Positions 20,010 to 30,523 of a DNA stretch of 64,000 bases are shown one piece after another (the first letter of the stretch is position 1; every line of letters begins with the position of its first letter). Both the position numbers and the translations under genes were made by a program. The DNA is from Schizochytrium sp. TIO01 (lineage: Eukaryota > Protista > Bigyra: Labyrinthulomycetes). Below the pieces are notes generated by a model. The model did not search any database. It was given only the letters and a program-made list of their open reading frames with translations, and was not told the DNA's origin. Location: the NCBI GenBank assembly GCA_004764695.1, contig SMSO01000032.1, positions 6,480,483 through 6,544,482 of the forward strand. Reading direction: 5' to 3'.

Positions 20010-21029
20010 GTCTTCGTCTTCTTAATTCCACAGTTGGCTTGTTTCAGCTGCGTAGCAAGTGCTTGATTCTTAGTTGCAGAAGCTTTCTTTTGCTGCATTG
20101 TCGCCTTTAATGACCCATTTGTTGGCACTCGCTCATAAATGTATGCGTCTCAAATTGATGAGCTTGGTTTTCTTAGATACACGCAATTAATGAATGAATG
20201 AATTGTCAGACTTTTGATCAAACATCTTGAACACAGACTAGCTATAATAACAAGAAGGAGTTTGTTAGAGCACCTATTTTATATGAGACTCAAGGTGTGA
20301 TCTGTCCTAGCTCTTCTTTTAATTGGTTTTTAAACACTTCTTCCTTTGAACATTTTCAGTTCAGTTTAAGATCTTGTCTTGAGCTAATACCTCATCCAAC
20401 TTGAGTAACTACTTGAGCTCAAAAACCCAAGGAGCAACAACTAAGATTGTGAATATTAATTGTCTCAAAAAAATGAGAGATTTGTCTGAAACTTCTCAGT
20501 GAATAAAGAGTTCTATCTTTAGAAACGGTCGTATTTCCAGGAATAAAAGATAAAAAAAATAAAAATTAATCCTGGACTGGTTTATATCATGAGTTGATAT
20601 CTCAAAAGCGCATAAAACAAAAACTCAGGAGGTTGTAGCAAAAAGCTATCAGATTGTTTGGACCATCTGGGAGAGAAGATTTGTCGTAACTAATTTAAAG
20701 GAGTCATAGGTAAAAAAAATAAAATAGAAATGCTCGGTCGGCGAGAGAAGGGGATGGCTTTTACCTCAAGGAGTGCCTTTGGTTTACAAATAGGATTGCA
20801 GAGTCTGCTTAACGAGTAACAATCCTATACTTGGTATCTAAATCTAAACTCATTGAAAGGTATGAAGGGCAAGTTGAATCCAAAAAAAAAAAAACATTGC
20901 AATTCCTGTTCCATTGGTTGATTTGTGTTCCGCTACTATAGTAAACATACACTTGACGGTTGGTTGTTTCCGATGTAAAGATTGGGTTGGTTGTTCTTGT
21001 AGAGTATTGTCGATTAGTTAAGAATTGGT

Positions 21030-24000
21030 TCAGGCCAAGTATACATGGCATTTACGCTCAATATGAGTGCGACAGATGGGGCATTGATTCAGATCGTTAG
21101 CACAGGTTTCGCAGCAAGAAATGTGATTACACGGCTGAAAGAGCATCTTGCGATCATTATCCTGGCACACAACGCAAAGGAGGGAGCCCCCGCTCTCCCC
21201 TTGCTGATGGTAGGCCGCTGGAATAGGCTCCCCAGAGCGAGCATTAGGAGGCATGCTGCCATTGCGTACTGCCCCAGTTCCGGCTGGAGGCATACCCGAC
21301 CGTGATACTGGTGGCATAGATTGATTGGGGCCTAAGTGGCCACCACCTCCGACCGTTGCTACGCCAGCAGGGCCACGAACACCTTCGGTAGCAAAAGAGA
21401 CGTTCACTTTTGCATCTGGAGAATGATTTCCTTCGTAGACGACTTTAGTTGAGCTAAGCAACGGCGATTTATTAGATTGCAGAGGTTTGTGAGGCGAGTT
21501 GTTCGACATGCCAAGCTTATCTTGTGGCCCACCTTGGCCCTTGAGAGGGCTGGGCGGCATGTTTCCCGGAGGCCCCGACATGGGTCCGTCATCCAAGCCC
21601 TCCATAGTCTTGCGACGCTTCATTTCTACAACCGATGGTTGTTGATCCATGGCAGGGCGTTTGCCTCCTGAACATACGCTCGCAGGTGTTTTGCGACCGC
21701 TCATGTCGTGCATACCATCGTCCATAGTGAGGTCAACAGCGCTGGCACGGGAGCTGGAAGCAGCCCCGCTGGAATGCCGCCGCATACTAGCAGGTGGCAA
21801 TGATGGGTCTCCATGGCCATGGGACGAGTATGATCCAGGGGGTGGTGTCGGTCTACCTGAGTTATCATAAGGTCCTCCACGGTGCATAGCATAACCAGAT
21901 GGATGGCTACTGTATCCATTTGGTGGAGGGCGAGCTTGGGGTTCTCCAGACCACGAGGACGACGGATGCTCGCCGTAGCGCGGGTTGCCAGAGTTCCCTG
22001 GCCGCGTGCTACCCGAGGCGTTTGAGTATCCAGAGTGACTAGGTCCACCGTAATCCCCGCCACTTCCACTTCCACCACTACCACTGCTTGGTCCACGATA
22101 GCTATTGTAAGGTACTGGAGCGTAAGGATCATGCGACGACTCCTGAGACCCACCGTGGCTGGCATAACCTGAGTGGGAAGGAGGTCCTCTGCTGCCGCCT
22201 TGAGAAATTCCAGCACCACCAGAACCAGGACCAGGACCTGGGTGGGAGGAGTATGAAGGATGAGGGCGTCCATCGCTACCACCGGGAGGGCCGCTGCTTC
22301 CTCCAGGGTGTGAGGATGAAGGGTATCCTCCGCCTGAAGGGTGGGGCTGACCAGGACCACCAGGTGCGCTCGACTTGCGTCGCTGGCGGCTGTAGCTCGT
22401 AAGCTTCATGTAAATGAGACAGTGTTTGCAATCGGGAGCGCACGGGATCTTGAAGCCTTCTGTACTTTGGAGTTGGCGTTGATGTACAACAGATGGTTTA
22501 ACTGTGCGGCACATGGGTTCTACACAGTTCGGGTCCTTGCATTTGCATGCATGGTTCCAAATTTCAATAGACTGAGCAAGCTTTTGTCTATCTGTAGCAC
22601 TGCGCTGTTGCTGTTGTTGTTGTTGATGATGCTGCATCTGGTGCTGCTGTTGTGGCTGGTGGGGCGGTTGCTGATGAGGCGGTTGCTGGCGGTGGTGGGG
22701 ATGCTGCTGTTGCTGCTGCTGGTGAGGTTGTCCTGACCCCCCTTGAGAATGCGGTTGCGAAGGTACACGCTGAGCTTGGGGGCGCATCGCCGAAGGATGC
22801 TGAGGTTGAGCCCCGGGATGACCACGTGGCATTCCGCGAGGTCCAGGCGGGCCACCATTGCTGCCCATACCACTGCTACTGTAATGGCTTGGGTGCTGTG
22901 ATCCCCCAGCACCCGGTCCTCCCATAGGCCTGCCTCCTGCAGGGGGCTGTTGGTGTTGTTGCGGGTGATGTTGAGAATGGTGCTGCGGATGTTGTTGCTG
23001 TGGGTGTTGCGATTGCTGATGAGGCGTTCCGTAGCCCGAAGGAGGCCCTCCATGCTGCGACGAAGAAGGGCCGGATCCATAAGACTGCGAATGGTCAGCA
23101 CCGTCACGGTACGACGAAGAGCTCGTACGTGCCATGGGATTTGGGGTTCCACCACTACCAACCGAGCCGGGACCGCCAGAAGGCATTCCAGGTCCAGGAC
23201 GAGGCCCCGGCTGCGCAACTCTTGATGGCTGCAAAGGCGGGGATGAGGTAGGCGGTCCTCCGTTTGGGCCAGGACCAGAAGCATTAGGGCCTCCGCCATA
23301 GGGGACACGTCTGTCGCGCAGCTTATTGAGAGCAAACTTGACATGTTCAACTCCACAAATGGACTGAAGCTCATGTATAAGTTGGCGTGATTGGTTGCGA
23401 GATATCTTTTGACGCTCCTCCACAGACACATCAAGCTTCTGTAGCTGTTGCTGTCTCCGCTCATGGTCCTGAGTGATGTTGTTGATTTCTGCATGACGGT
23501 CATGGGGGGTGACCTCAAGGAGGTTTCGTCTCAAGAAGTCAATATTATCTCTGCGGCCATCAGGATGCGCTTCTGGAGGGTGGTGTCCACCAGGGGGGGC
23601 ATTCGAAGGAGGTCCTCCTCCACCGTTGCCAGCTGGAGCACCCGGGTGACCAGAGCTGACACCTGGAGCAGCTGAATTGCCGCCGTATGCAGAAGACGAA
23701 GTAGGTGCAGGACCTGTAGGGTATCCACCTCCGTAGCCTTGTTGTTGTTGTTGTGATTGATGGGGTGGAGGTGGTTGGTGTTGCATACGCGGGTGGTGGC
23801 CATAAGAAGGATGGTGGGGTGGTTGTGATTGCTGCTGCTGCGGTCTATGATGTTGTGGTTGCTGTTGATGGTGATGTTGAGCCTGTTGAGAGCTTGGGGG
23901 CGGTTGCTGAGGATGCCCTCCGTGGGAGGAAGACTGTGATGGGGGACCACGCATATGCTGCGGCTGTTGTGCAGACGAGGGTGGGTGGCCATGTGGAGGA

Positions 24001-27000
24001 TATCCACTGCTTGAGCTAGGTCCAGGGCGACCATGGTACTGTCCAGGAGGAGGAGGACCACTTGGACTTGCATTGGAGGGAGGGCCCGACGGATGCCGTG
24101 CAGGATGACCTTGTTGAGAAGGCGGACGTGATCCCATGTGTTGTTGTTGTTGCTGCTGCTGCTGCTGTGCATGTGGATGAGCTCGAGGCGGGCGCCCGTG
24201 ATGCTGCTGTTGATAATGATACGAATCCGGGTAACCGCTTGAGGATGACGGGGGAGGGCCATTAGGCCCCCCTGCTCCTCCAGCGGTTGATCCAGCATCT
24301 GACATATTACTGCTGCTGGGTCCAGGTCCTGATGAAGACCCGTGTGAAGCATATGGTCCTGAGGATGATGAATAAGGATCATTGTAATACTGTTGTTGCT
24401 GCTGCTGCTGCTGCTGCGAAGAAGGATTGCCACTGCTACCACCAGGCCCACCAGGTCCAGAGCTGCTGCTTCCATTGCCTACGCTTGGGTTACTATTGTT
24501 GCTGCTTCCATTGCCATTACCGTTGTCTATACTTGGGTTATTGTTGTTGCTATTGCTGTTATACTGCGAGGCAGGCGGATATTGTGATGATGAAGACGGG
24601 TACTGCGAGGAAGGTGGCGCTCCATACGCACCTCCGTTGCTTCCTCCTGGCGGCGGCCCTGAAGTCGATGACGAGGGGGGAGGCGGGCGATTATATTTGC
24701 TGTAGTTGGGCGAAGGAGAGTATCCACTGCTGCTACCACTGGGGCCCGGGGGTCCGCCAGGAGGAGGGGCTCCAGAGCGCATAGCCGCAGGGTTGCCTTG
24801 TGCATGTGAAGGGGGTGGGTATGCTCCTCCCGGTGGTCCCGAGGGCGGTCTCGCTCCAGGATAAGGTCCAGGTCGAGACTGTTGTCCGGGAGCAGAATGG
24901 GATCTACTGTTAGGAGGTCCAGAGCTCGCGTCAGGTGGGCGTGTGTATGAGGGTTGGGGTCCTCCTGCTGAAGAGCCGGGTCCAGTGTTGCTGTTACTGC
25001 CATTGTTGTTGTTACCAACGCTGTTGGGTCCTGCAGAAGTCGAGGAAGACGATGGTTCTGATGCAGCAGACTGTGGCGGTTTTGTTGCCGGCATAGACGG
25101 CGTCCTCTGCTGCTGCTGCTGAGGCGGGGTCGAGGACGCTGGTCCTGAGGATTGCCGCTGTTGTTGCTGTGAGTTAGGTACAGATGAAGATGGGTACGCC
25201 GAAGACGCCGATCCACTTGATGAAGACGGAGGCTGCGAAGAAACTTGTGGCGGAGCAGGTGGCTGCTGCGAGGCTGACGAGGGGGGTGTAGACTGTTGCT
25301 TTGCTTGCTGAGCTCTTGCTGCAGCGGCCGTTGTGGCCGAAGTCAAGCTTGACGGTCCCGATGAGGCACTGGGACCCGTTGAAGTCGAGGGCGGTGGTTG
25401 TCCCATCATAGATGGTGGTACCGTCGTTCTACCCACGTACGAAGCGTACGTTGAGGGTCCAGTTTGGTCCTTGCTGGCCGGATAAGCACGGCTGTGAATA
25501 GGGATTGGCTGTGGGTGTTGCACTGCTGCTGCCGCCGCTCTTGCCTGTTGCTGTTGTATCATGCGTGCGGTGGGTTGCTGCGGTTGTGCGCCGGCCTTGT
25601 GCTGCGCAAGTAACTGGTGCCTTGGCGAAGATTCTTTGTGTGGGGGAATGCGGTGTTGCTGCTGCGGTTGTGTTCCTGATCCCTGGGACTCTGCCTTGAC
25701 GCCTGCCTCTGCTTTCATCTGCGCTGCCGTTGGCCTTCCTGCCATGCTTCTCGGCATGACGACGGATGCTGGTTGCGGCACCGCTTGCTGTTTGGCATTA
25801 GTCTCTGCTTTGACCTTGGACTTTTTCTGTTTCTTCGCGGTGGGTGCTGTGCCAATGGGGTCTGTTGCCTCCTGTTTGGTTTGCGTCTTGTTGCCCTTGG
25901 CCTTCTTTTTCTTCGTCGATCCTGCCGCTGCTGACGTTCCTGCTGCTGCTGCTGCTGCCACCGCCGCTCCGCCGATGTTTTCTGTCTTGACGGGCGAGGT
26001 TTGTCTCGAGTCGCTAAGATCAGCGGGGTCCAAAGATGAAAAGGACGAAAAGGACGAGAAGGTATTCTTTGAGTACGAGACTGCGGACTTGTTTGATGCT
26101 CCGCTACGCTGACTGGGGGTGCGTTCAAATGCACGATTTGTATTTGCTTTCCTCGAGTTCTTGGTTGTTTTTGTCGTCGGCGGCGCTGTCGTTGACGGTG
26201 CTGTTGTCGTTGGACCGGCAGAGGAGCTAGGTGGCATGCCCATTGAGGGTCCTCCTTGAGGCGGAACTGCAGGTCCCGAGGAGGAGGATGAGTTGAGCCC
26301 AGCGTTTCCTAGTCCTGTTCCAGTAGTATGATTGTTGCTGCTGTTGGTGTTATTTGCCGCGGATGGAGGCGCCGAAGAAGATGATGGAGGCTGCCCACCG
26401 GAAGAGAGTGAAGGCGTGGGGTCTATGGCGCCTCCGGGTGGATCATCGAGAGGTATGTTGAAAATCTCGTCATCCTCGGGTATGTCTGCGAAGAAGTCGT
26501 CGTCAAGAAAGTTTGAGGAGTCGCTGGAGTTACCAAATGAGCGCAAGCCCGAGTCCTGCGCGGGGTCTTTGAGCGACAAGCTCGCAGCACCCGTGCCTGA
26601 ATTTGCCGAGTTCGGTGCGGCACCCGAGGAGTTTGGCGCAGCTCCTGTTGCTCCAGAGCCTTGTTGCTGCTTGATGGCCTGGATGAACTTTTGCACCTTT
26701 TTCCTGTGGCCCCAGCGCGCAGGATTGCTCGTCCTCCGCTTGACCCAGCTGGAGAAGGAAGACTTGGGCACATCCATCCGCTCTGCTGCAGCTGCAAGCG
26801 AGAGGGAATGATCGAGGATGTACCTGAGGACATCTCGGATGAGAAGGTCGCTCTCGCTTTTGTACTGCTCCTCGAGGTTATTCATCGAGTCGCTTGACTT
26901 GGCCCTTCGCAGAGGTGCTGCTGCTCCTGCTGCTCCTCCTCCTCCTCCTGTTGCTGCCCTTCCGCTGCTGCTGTTGTTGTCACCTACACCGGACGTCGTT

Positions 27001-27077
27001 GAGCTCGAGCTTGATGCTGGTGGTGGCAGGAAAATTTCCTCGTCGTCCGTGAAAAGGCTGTCTGTGAAACTGTCCAT
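21030..27077 (-). CDS. 2015-aa low-complexity (P/G/S/Q/H) nuclear protein: HTH-like, RST-like, TAZ-like zinc finger, C-terminal C3HC4 RING (probable E3 ligase/transcription regulator)
   Basis: Uninterrupted 6-kb ORF. Terminal RING CVVC..(11)..CNH...CETC......CPICR of the IAP/MGRN-like type at ~21030-21180. TAZ-like HACKC.DPNC..PMC...K....H...C..DC.HC at ~22400-22590. HTH-like LSLAAAAERMDVPKSSFSSWVK at ~26670-26860. Bipartite NLS-like KRPA..(10)..KRRK. Confidence 0.85.
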   Translation of the reverse strand: MDSFTDSLFTDDEEIFLPPPASSSSSTTSGVGDNNSSSGRAATGGGGGAAGAAAPLRRAKSSDSMNNLEEQYKSESDLLIRDVLRYILDHSLSLAAAAERMDVPKSSFSSWVKRRTSNPARWGHRKKVQKFIQAIKQQQGSGATGAAPNSSGAAPNSANSGTGAASLSLKDPAQDSGLRSFGNSSDSSNFLDDDFFADIPEDDEIFNIPLDDPPGGAIDPTPSLSSGGQPPSSSSAPPSAANNTNSSNNHTTGTGLGNAGLNSSSSSGPAVPPQGGPSMGMPPSSSAGPTTTAPSTTAPPTTKTTKNSRKANTNRAFERTPSQRSGASNKSAVSYSKNTFSSFSSFSSLDPADLSDSRQTSPVKTENIGGAAVAAAAAAGTSAAAGSTKKKKAKGNKTQTKQEATDPIGTAPTAKKQKKSKVKAETNAKQQAVPQPASVVMPRSMAGRPTAAQMKAEAGVKAESQGSGTQPQQQHRIPPHKESSPRHQLLAQHKAGAQPQQPTARMIQQQQARAAAAAVQHPQPIPIHSRAYPASKDQTGPSTYASYVGRTTVPPSMMGQPPPSTSTGPSASSGPSSLTSATTAAAARAQQAKQQSTPPSSASQQPPAPPQVSSQPPSSSSGSASSAYPSSSVPNSQQQQRQSSGPASSTPPQQQQQRTPSMPATKPPQSAASEPSSSSTSAGPNSVGNNNNGSNSNTGPGSSAGGPQPSYTRPPDASSGPPNSRSHSAPGQQSRPGPYPGARPPSGPPGGAYPPPSHAQGNPAAMRSGAPPPGGPPGPSGSSSGYSPSPNYSKYNRPPPPSSSTSGPPPGGSNGGAYGAPPSSQYPSSSSQYPPASQYNSNSNNNNPSIDNGNGNGSSNNSNPSVGNGSSSSGPGGPGGSSGNPSSQQQQQQQQQYYNDPYSSSSGPYASHGSSSGPGPSSSNMSDAGSTAGGAGGPNGPPPSSSSGYPDSYHYQQQHHGRPPRAHPHAQQQQQQQQQHMGSRPPSQQGHPARHPSGPPSNASPSGPPPPGQYHGRPGPSSSSGYPPHGHPPSSAQQPQHMRGPPSQSSSHGGHPQQPPPSSQQAQHHHQQQPQHHRPQQQQSQPPHHPSYGHHPRMQHQPPPPHQSQQQQQGYGGGYPTGPAPTSSSAYGGNSAAPGVSSGHPGAPAGNGGGGPPSNAPPGGHHPPEAHPDGRRDNIDFLRRNLLEVTPHDRHAEINNITQDHERRQQQLQKLDVSVEERQKISRNQSRQLIHELQSICGVEHVKFALNKLRDRRVPYGGGPNASGPGPNGGPPTSSPPLQPSRVAQPGPRPGPGMPSGGPGSVGSGGTPNPMARTSSSSYRDGADHSQSYGSGPSSSQHGGPPSGYGTPHQQSQHPQQQHPQHHSQHHPQQHQQPPAGGRPMGGPGAGGSQHPSHYSSSGMGSNGGPPGPRGMPRGHPGAQPQHPSAMRPQAQRVPSQPHSQGGSGQPHQQQQQQHPHHRQQPPHQQPPHQPQQQHQMQHHQQQQQQQRSATDRQKLAQSIEIWNHACKCKDPNCVEPMCRTVKPSVVHQRQLQSTEGFKIPCAPDCKHCLIYMKLTSYSRQRRKSSAPGGPGQPHPSGGGYPSSSHPGGSSGPPGGSDGRPHPSYSSHPGPGPGSGGAGISQGGSRGPPSHSGYASHGGSQESSHDPYAPVPYNSYRGPSSGSGGSGSGGDYGGPSHSGYSNASGSTRPGNSGNPRYGEHPSSSWSGEPQARPPPNGYSSHPSGYAMHRGGPYDNSGRPTPPPGSYSSHGHGDPSLPPASMRRHSSGAASSSRASAVDLTMDDGMHDMSGRKTPASVCSGGKRPAMDQQPSVVEMKRRKTMEGLDDGPMSGPPGNMPPSPLKGQGGPQDKLGMSNNSPHKPLQSNKSPLLSSTKVVYEGNHSPDAKVNVSFATEGVRGPAGVATVGGGGHLGPNQSMPPVSRSGMPPAGTGAVRNGSMPPNARSGEPIPAAYHQQGESGGSLLCVVCQDNDRKMLFQPCNHISCCETCANDLNQCPICRTHIERKCHVYLA

Positions 27078-27429
27078 TCTCGACAGCCTCTTCTGCTCCA
27101 GACCCGCCTTCGTCTTCCTCGCCTGAGAGTCCGTCTTCGCCTGCTGCCGCGGACTCCTCTGAGCCCGCCCTTTCTTCTCCTGTTGCTTGCTTGCTTGTTA
27201 TCTATCACTTAGTCGCGCAGGCAAAAGAAATACAAAGAGGAGAATTAAATGGGGAATAAAAGGGGAAAGAAAAGTACAGTGGCAACTTCTCCCCGTGGTC
27301 GAGCAGCTAGCTCTGCGTTGACGTCCTCGCACAACAGATGGACAACGTCGGAGAGCAACAATCAATCTCAGAGAGCACAGAAGAAATAAAACAGCGAAGA
27401 AGAAGACCTAGAAGACCTAGAAGACCTAG

Positions 27430-28215
27430 ATGAGGGTGAGGGAGAGCAAGGATTTGCTTCAAGCCGCCGAGAACGAAGGCCTCTGCGCTCTAACAAGGTG
27501 GCGCTCGGTCGCTCGGTCGCTCGCTCGCTCGCCAAGGCTGGCTGCGGCCCTACGGGCGCGTGGGCACCGGGGAGGCCGCACGAGGCGGTCCACGCCGCCT
27601 AGCTTTCTCTCTTCGCCTTCCTACCTTGCTAGCTGTCTCTCCGCCAGCCTCTCTACCCGTTTGTCCACGCCGAGTCTCGCCGCTGGACGAGGATGGATGG
27701 ACTTGGCCTTGCCTGCCTGCCTGCCTGCCTGCTTGCTGACCTGCCTGCCTGCCTCCGTGCTTCACGGGGGACGGGCGGGCGGCGGAGGGCGGGCGGCTGT
27801 CTGGGAAGGCGGGCGGCTGCGGCCTCGCTTGCCTGCCTGCCTGCCTCCTGCCTCGCTGCCGGCGGCGGAGAGGCGGGATGCGGCTGTGGATGGCGGGATG
27901 GACCAGATCGGGAGCGAAGGAGAAGAAGAAGAAAGTAAACAACAGAGCAATGAAGAAAACAAACAACAACAAACAACAACAACAACAAACAATCAGAGAG
28001 CACGGGAAGGAAGACCCGGGCCAGGCGGCGCCGCGGGCAGGGAGGACGGGCCGGCGGCCTGAGGAGCGGGCGGGCGGCGGGCTGGCTGGCTGGCCTGCCT
28101 TCGCTCGCTTACCTGCTTGCTTCCTTGCTGAGTATGCCGCCGCCTCTGCGGAGGATGCTGCTGACTGAGCCTGGGCGCGAGATCGTGCTCGTCGCGCGAG
28201 CCCTCCTCCCGCGCG
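27430..28215. promoter_or_regulatory. GC/CpG-rich island with (GCCT)n tracts and a G-quadruplex motif; likely promoter/5'UTR of the 2015-aa gene
   Basis: Visibly very GC-rich block 350-1100 bp upstream of the 27077 start. GGGGGACGGGCGGGCGGCGGAGGGCGGG lies at 27766-27793. A (CTTT)n tract bounds it on the upstream side. Confidence 0.5.
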
Positions 28216-28273
28216 CCTTCTTTAGCTTATTGAGCTCCTTTCTTTTCCTTCTTTTCTTCCCCTTCTTTTCAAG

Positions 28274-28305
<32 letters not shown>

Positions 28306-28447
28306 TTCCTTCTTTCTTTCTTTCTTTCTTTCTTTTCCTTCTTTCCTTCTTTTCCTTTCTTTTCCTTTCTTTTATTTCTTCTCAAGTCTTTCTTTTCCTT
28401 TCTTTTATTTCCTTTCAAGTCTTTCTTTTATTTATTCTCCTCCTTTT
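28215..28447. repeat. Polypyrimidine (CTTT)n-rich tract
   Basis: Near-pure C/T run including (CTTT)n and a local ~33-bp imperfect tandem duplication. Confidence 0.9.
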
Positions 28448-29605
28448 TCAACTAGGCGCTGCTATGGCAACACGTATGTGTTTGTTGATTATGTTCGAGC
28501 GTATATCTGCAAATATGTACGTATGTTTGCACGTATCTTTCAATGCAAATGTATGTGTACGTAGTAAGTTAGCGAGTGTTCTTACGTTTATGTTTGTATA
28601 CACGTATGCATACAAGCACGGATGTAGTTTATGCGACGCATGCATGTGAATGAATGAAATAATAATATATATACACACATACACAGAAGACTTCTTCAAC
28701 TGTACAATCAATTGTTAAGTATCAGTTCCCTTTCTTCGATGCTTTTTCTCTTTCAGCTCTCCTCTCTCTCTCCTAATGACAATCAATGAGCAATCCTATG
28801 CGATGCTTAGTTCATTTAGTTTATTACCTAAAGTCCTTCTTCCTACTAAGACATACAAATGAATTATTTCTTGACTACAAAGTTTGCCATTCTTTATATA
28901 CATCTGTTCTGTCCTTTTCATGTTTACCTATAAATATAAACAAGATAGCTTTCTTTTTTTTTTCTTCCTTCGATCACCAACAATAAAATCAGGAGAAAAA
29001 AAAAGAGAGAGAGAGAGAGAAGGGAAAATCAAACAGAACAAAGATTAAGCCAACTCATCAAAGTCCACCGTCTGTCTCTCTGTCTATATTTTAATCAATG
29101 AGTCGCGCTTTCGCTATTTCGGCCTTTCGAATTTACTGCCCACCCAAGCCACTCCATGAAAAAGCTGCAAATACGCGTGCGCTACAGCTCTTGAGATGGA
29201 CAATCCGCACCTTTCCGTACCACTATCGCAATCGATTCCTCTTTTTCGTTTAGTTTCCTTCTTCTGGGAATACTTTTCCATATACATTTGTCTATTTTTT
29301 TTTCTCCTAAAAGTATATAAAGTAAAAAATCAATCAAATCAAGTAAGACTCCTATGCAGAATCTATTATTTTCTTCTTTCTTTATTAGACATGCAGAAAG
29401 AGACGGATAAGCGAAACTATATCATATCTTTCTTTCTCCCTCTTCATCCAAACAAACTTGCAGAGAGGAAGGAATATTAAAAAAAAAACGTTTTACAAGC
29501 TGCCTCAGAATGCCGCAAATTGAACTGCGCGGTTACCCTAAACCGCTGCATAACCCCCTCTACTCCCTCCCCTTTCAATGAATGCTCACAGCTTGCAAAG
29601 CCTGA

Positions 29606-29606
29606 A

Positions 29607-29662
<56 letters not shown>
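29606..29662. repeat. (GAAA)n microsatellite
   Basis: About 14 perfect units. Confidence 0.95.
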
Positions 29663-30345
29663 ACTCACCTACTCACTCACTCAGTCAACAACAATGACAA
29701 CTTTAATTTGACTTAATTATGAAATTAGACTTATCTTGTTTTATTTTTATTTAATCTTATATTATTAAAAAAAAGGGGAAAAACGAAGCAAAGAAAGCAA
29801 CACATCTTTGGCTTTCTCCGCCCTTTCTCTCTTCGCAGAGGTTCAAAACGCGGCAAAGAGGCCTCAAGAGCGGCGTTCGCGCTCTCTTTCTGCGCCTGCT
29901 TATCGCCCGTCCTTCTGCATTCGCGCGGCTTCGCTCTGCTTTCCGTGCCATTTCTCCGCGTCGCTTCGATTCATTTCGTCTCTTGCTCTCGCGTGCCTCT
30001 GGCTTCTGCGGCTCCCGCTCTTTGTTCCTCCTCTCTCTCTCTCTCTCTTTTCAGAACACAGAAATAAATAAATAAGTAAATAAATAAAGACTTTGCACAG
30101 ATTCTTTCTTTTCTCTCTTTCCCTCCACTGCCATTACTTCCAGCAGTTCACCGCGCGTAACTAACTTCTTTCGAATTAGCAAACCCCTACCGTTTAGCGT
30201 GGTCACGCCTACCGATCCTTTCCTCTTTTCTCCTCATTTTAAACTAAACAACCATAAAATAAAGAAAAGAATAAAATATCATCTCATAGTAATCATAGAG
30301 CAAACTTGTTCAAAAATGCTGACACGCTGCTCACTGTGGTGCCCT

Positions 30346-30523
30346 TTTCTTTTCTTTCCTGCTCTCTTTCTTTCTCTGCCGCTTCTTTCACTGCCTCTTC
30401 TTTCTTCTTTCTTCTTTCTTCTTTCTTCCTTTCTTCTTTTCTTCTTTTCTTTCTTCTTTCTTCTTTCTTCTTTCTTCTCTCTTCTTTCTTCTTTCTTCTT
30501 TCTACTTTCTTCTTTTCTTCTTT
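30346..30523. repeat. (CTT/CTTT) polypyrimidine tract
   Basis: Mixed CTT/CTTT repeats read directly. Confidence 0.85.

Noticed and set aside
27430-28711. ORFs of 76-210 aa over the GC island and CTTT tract
   Set aside because: They are translations of GCCT/CTTT/CAA repeats and stop-poor GC-rich DNA (LPAC, FFLS runs).
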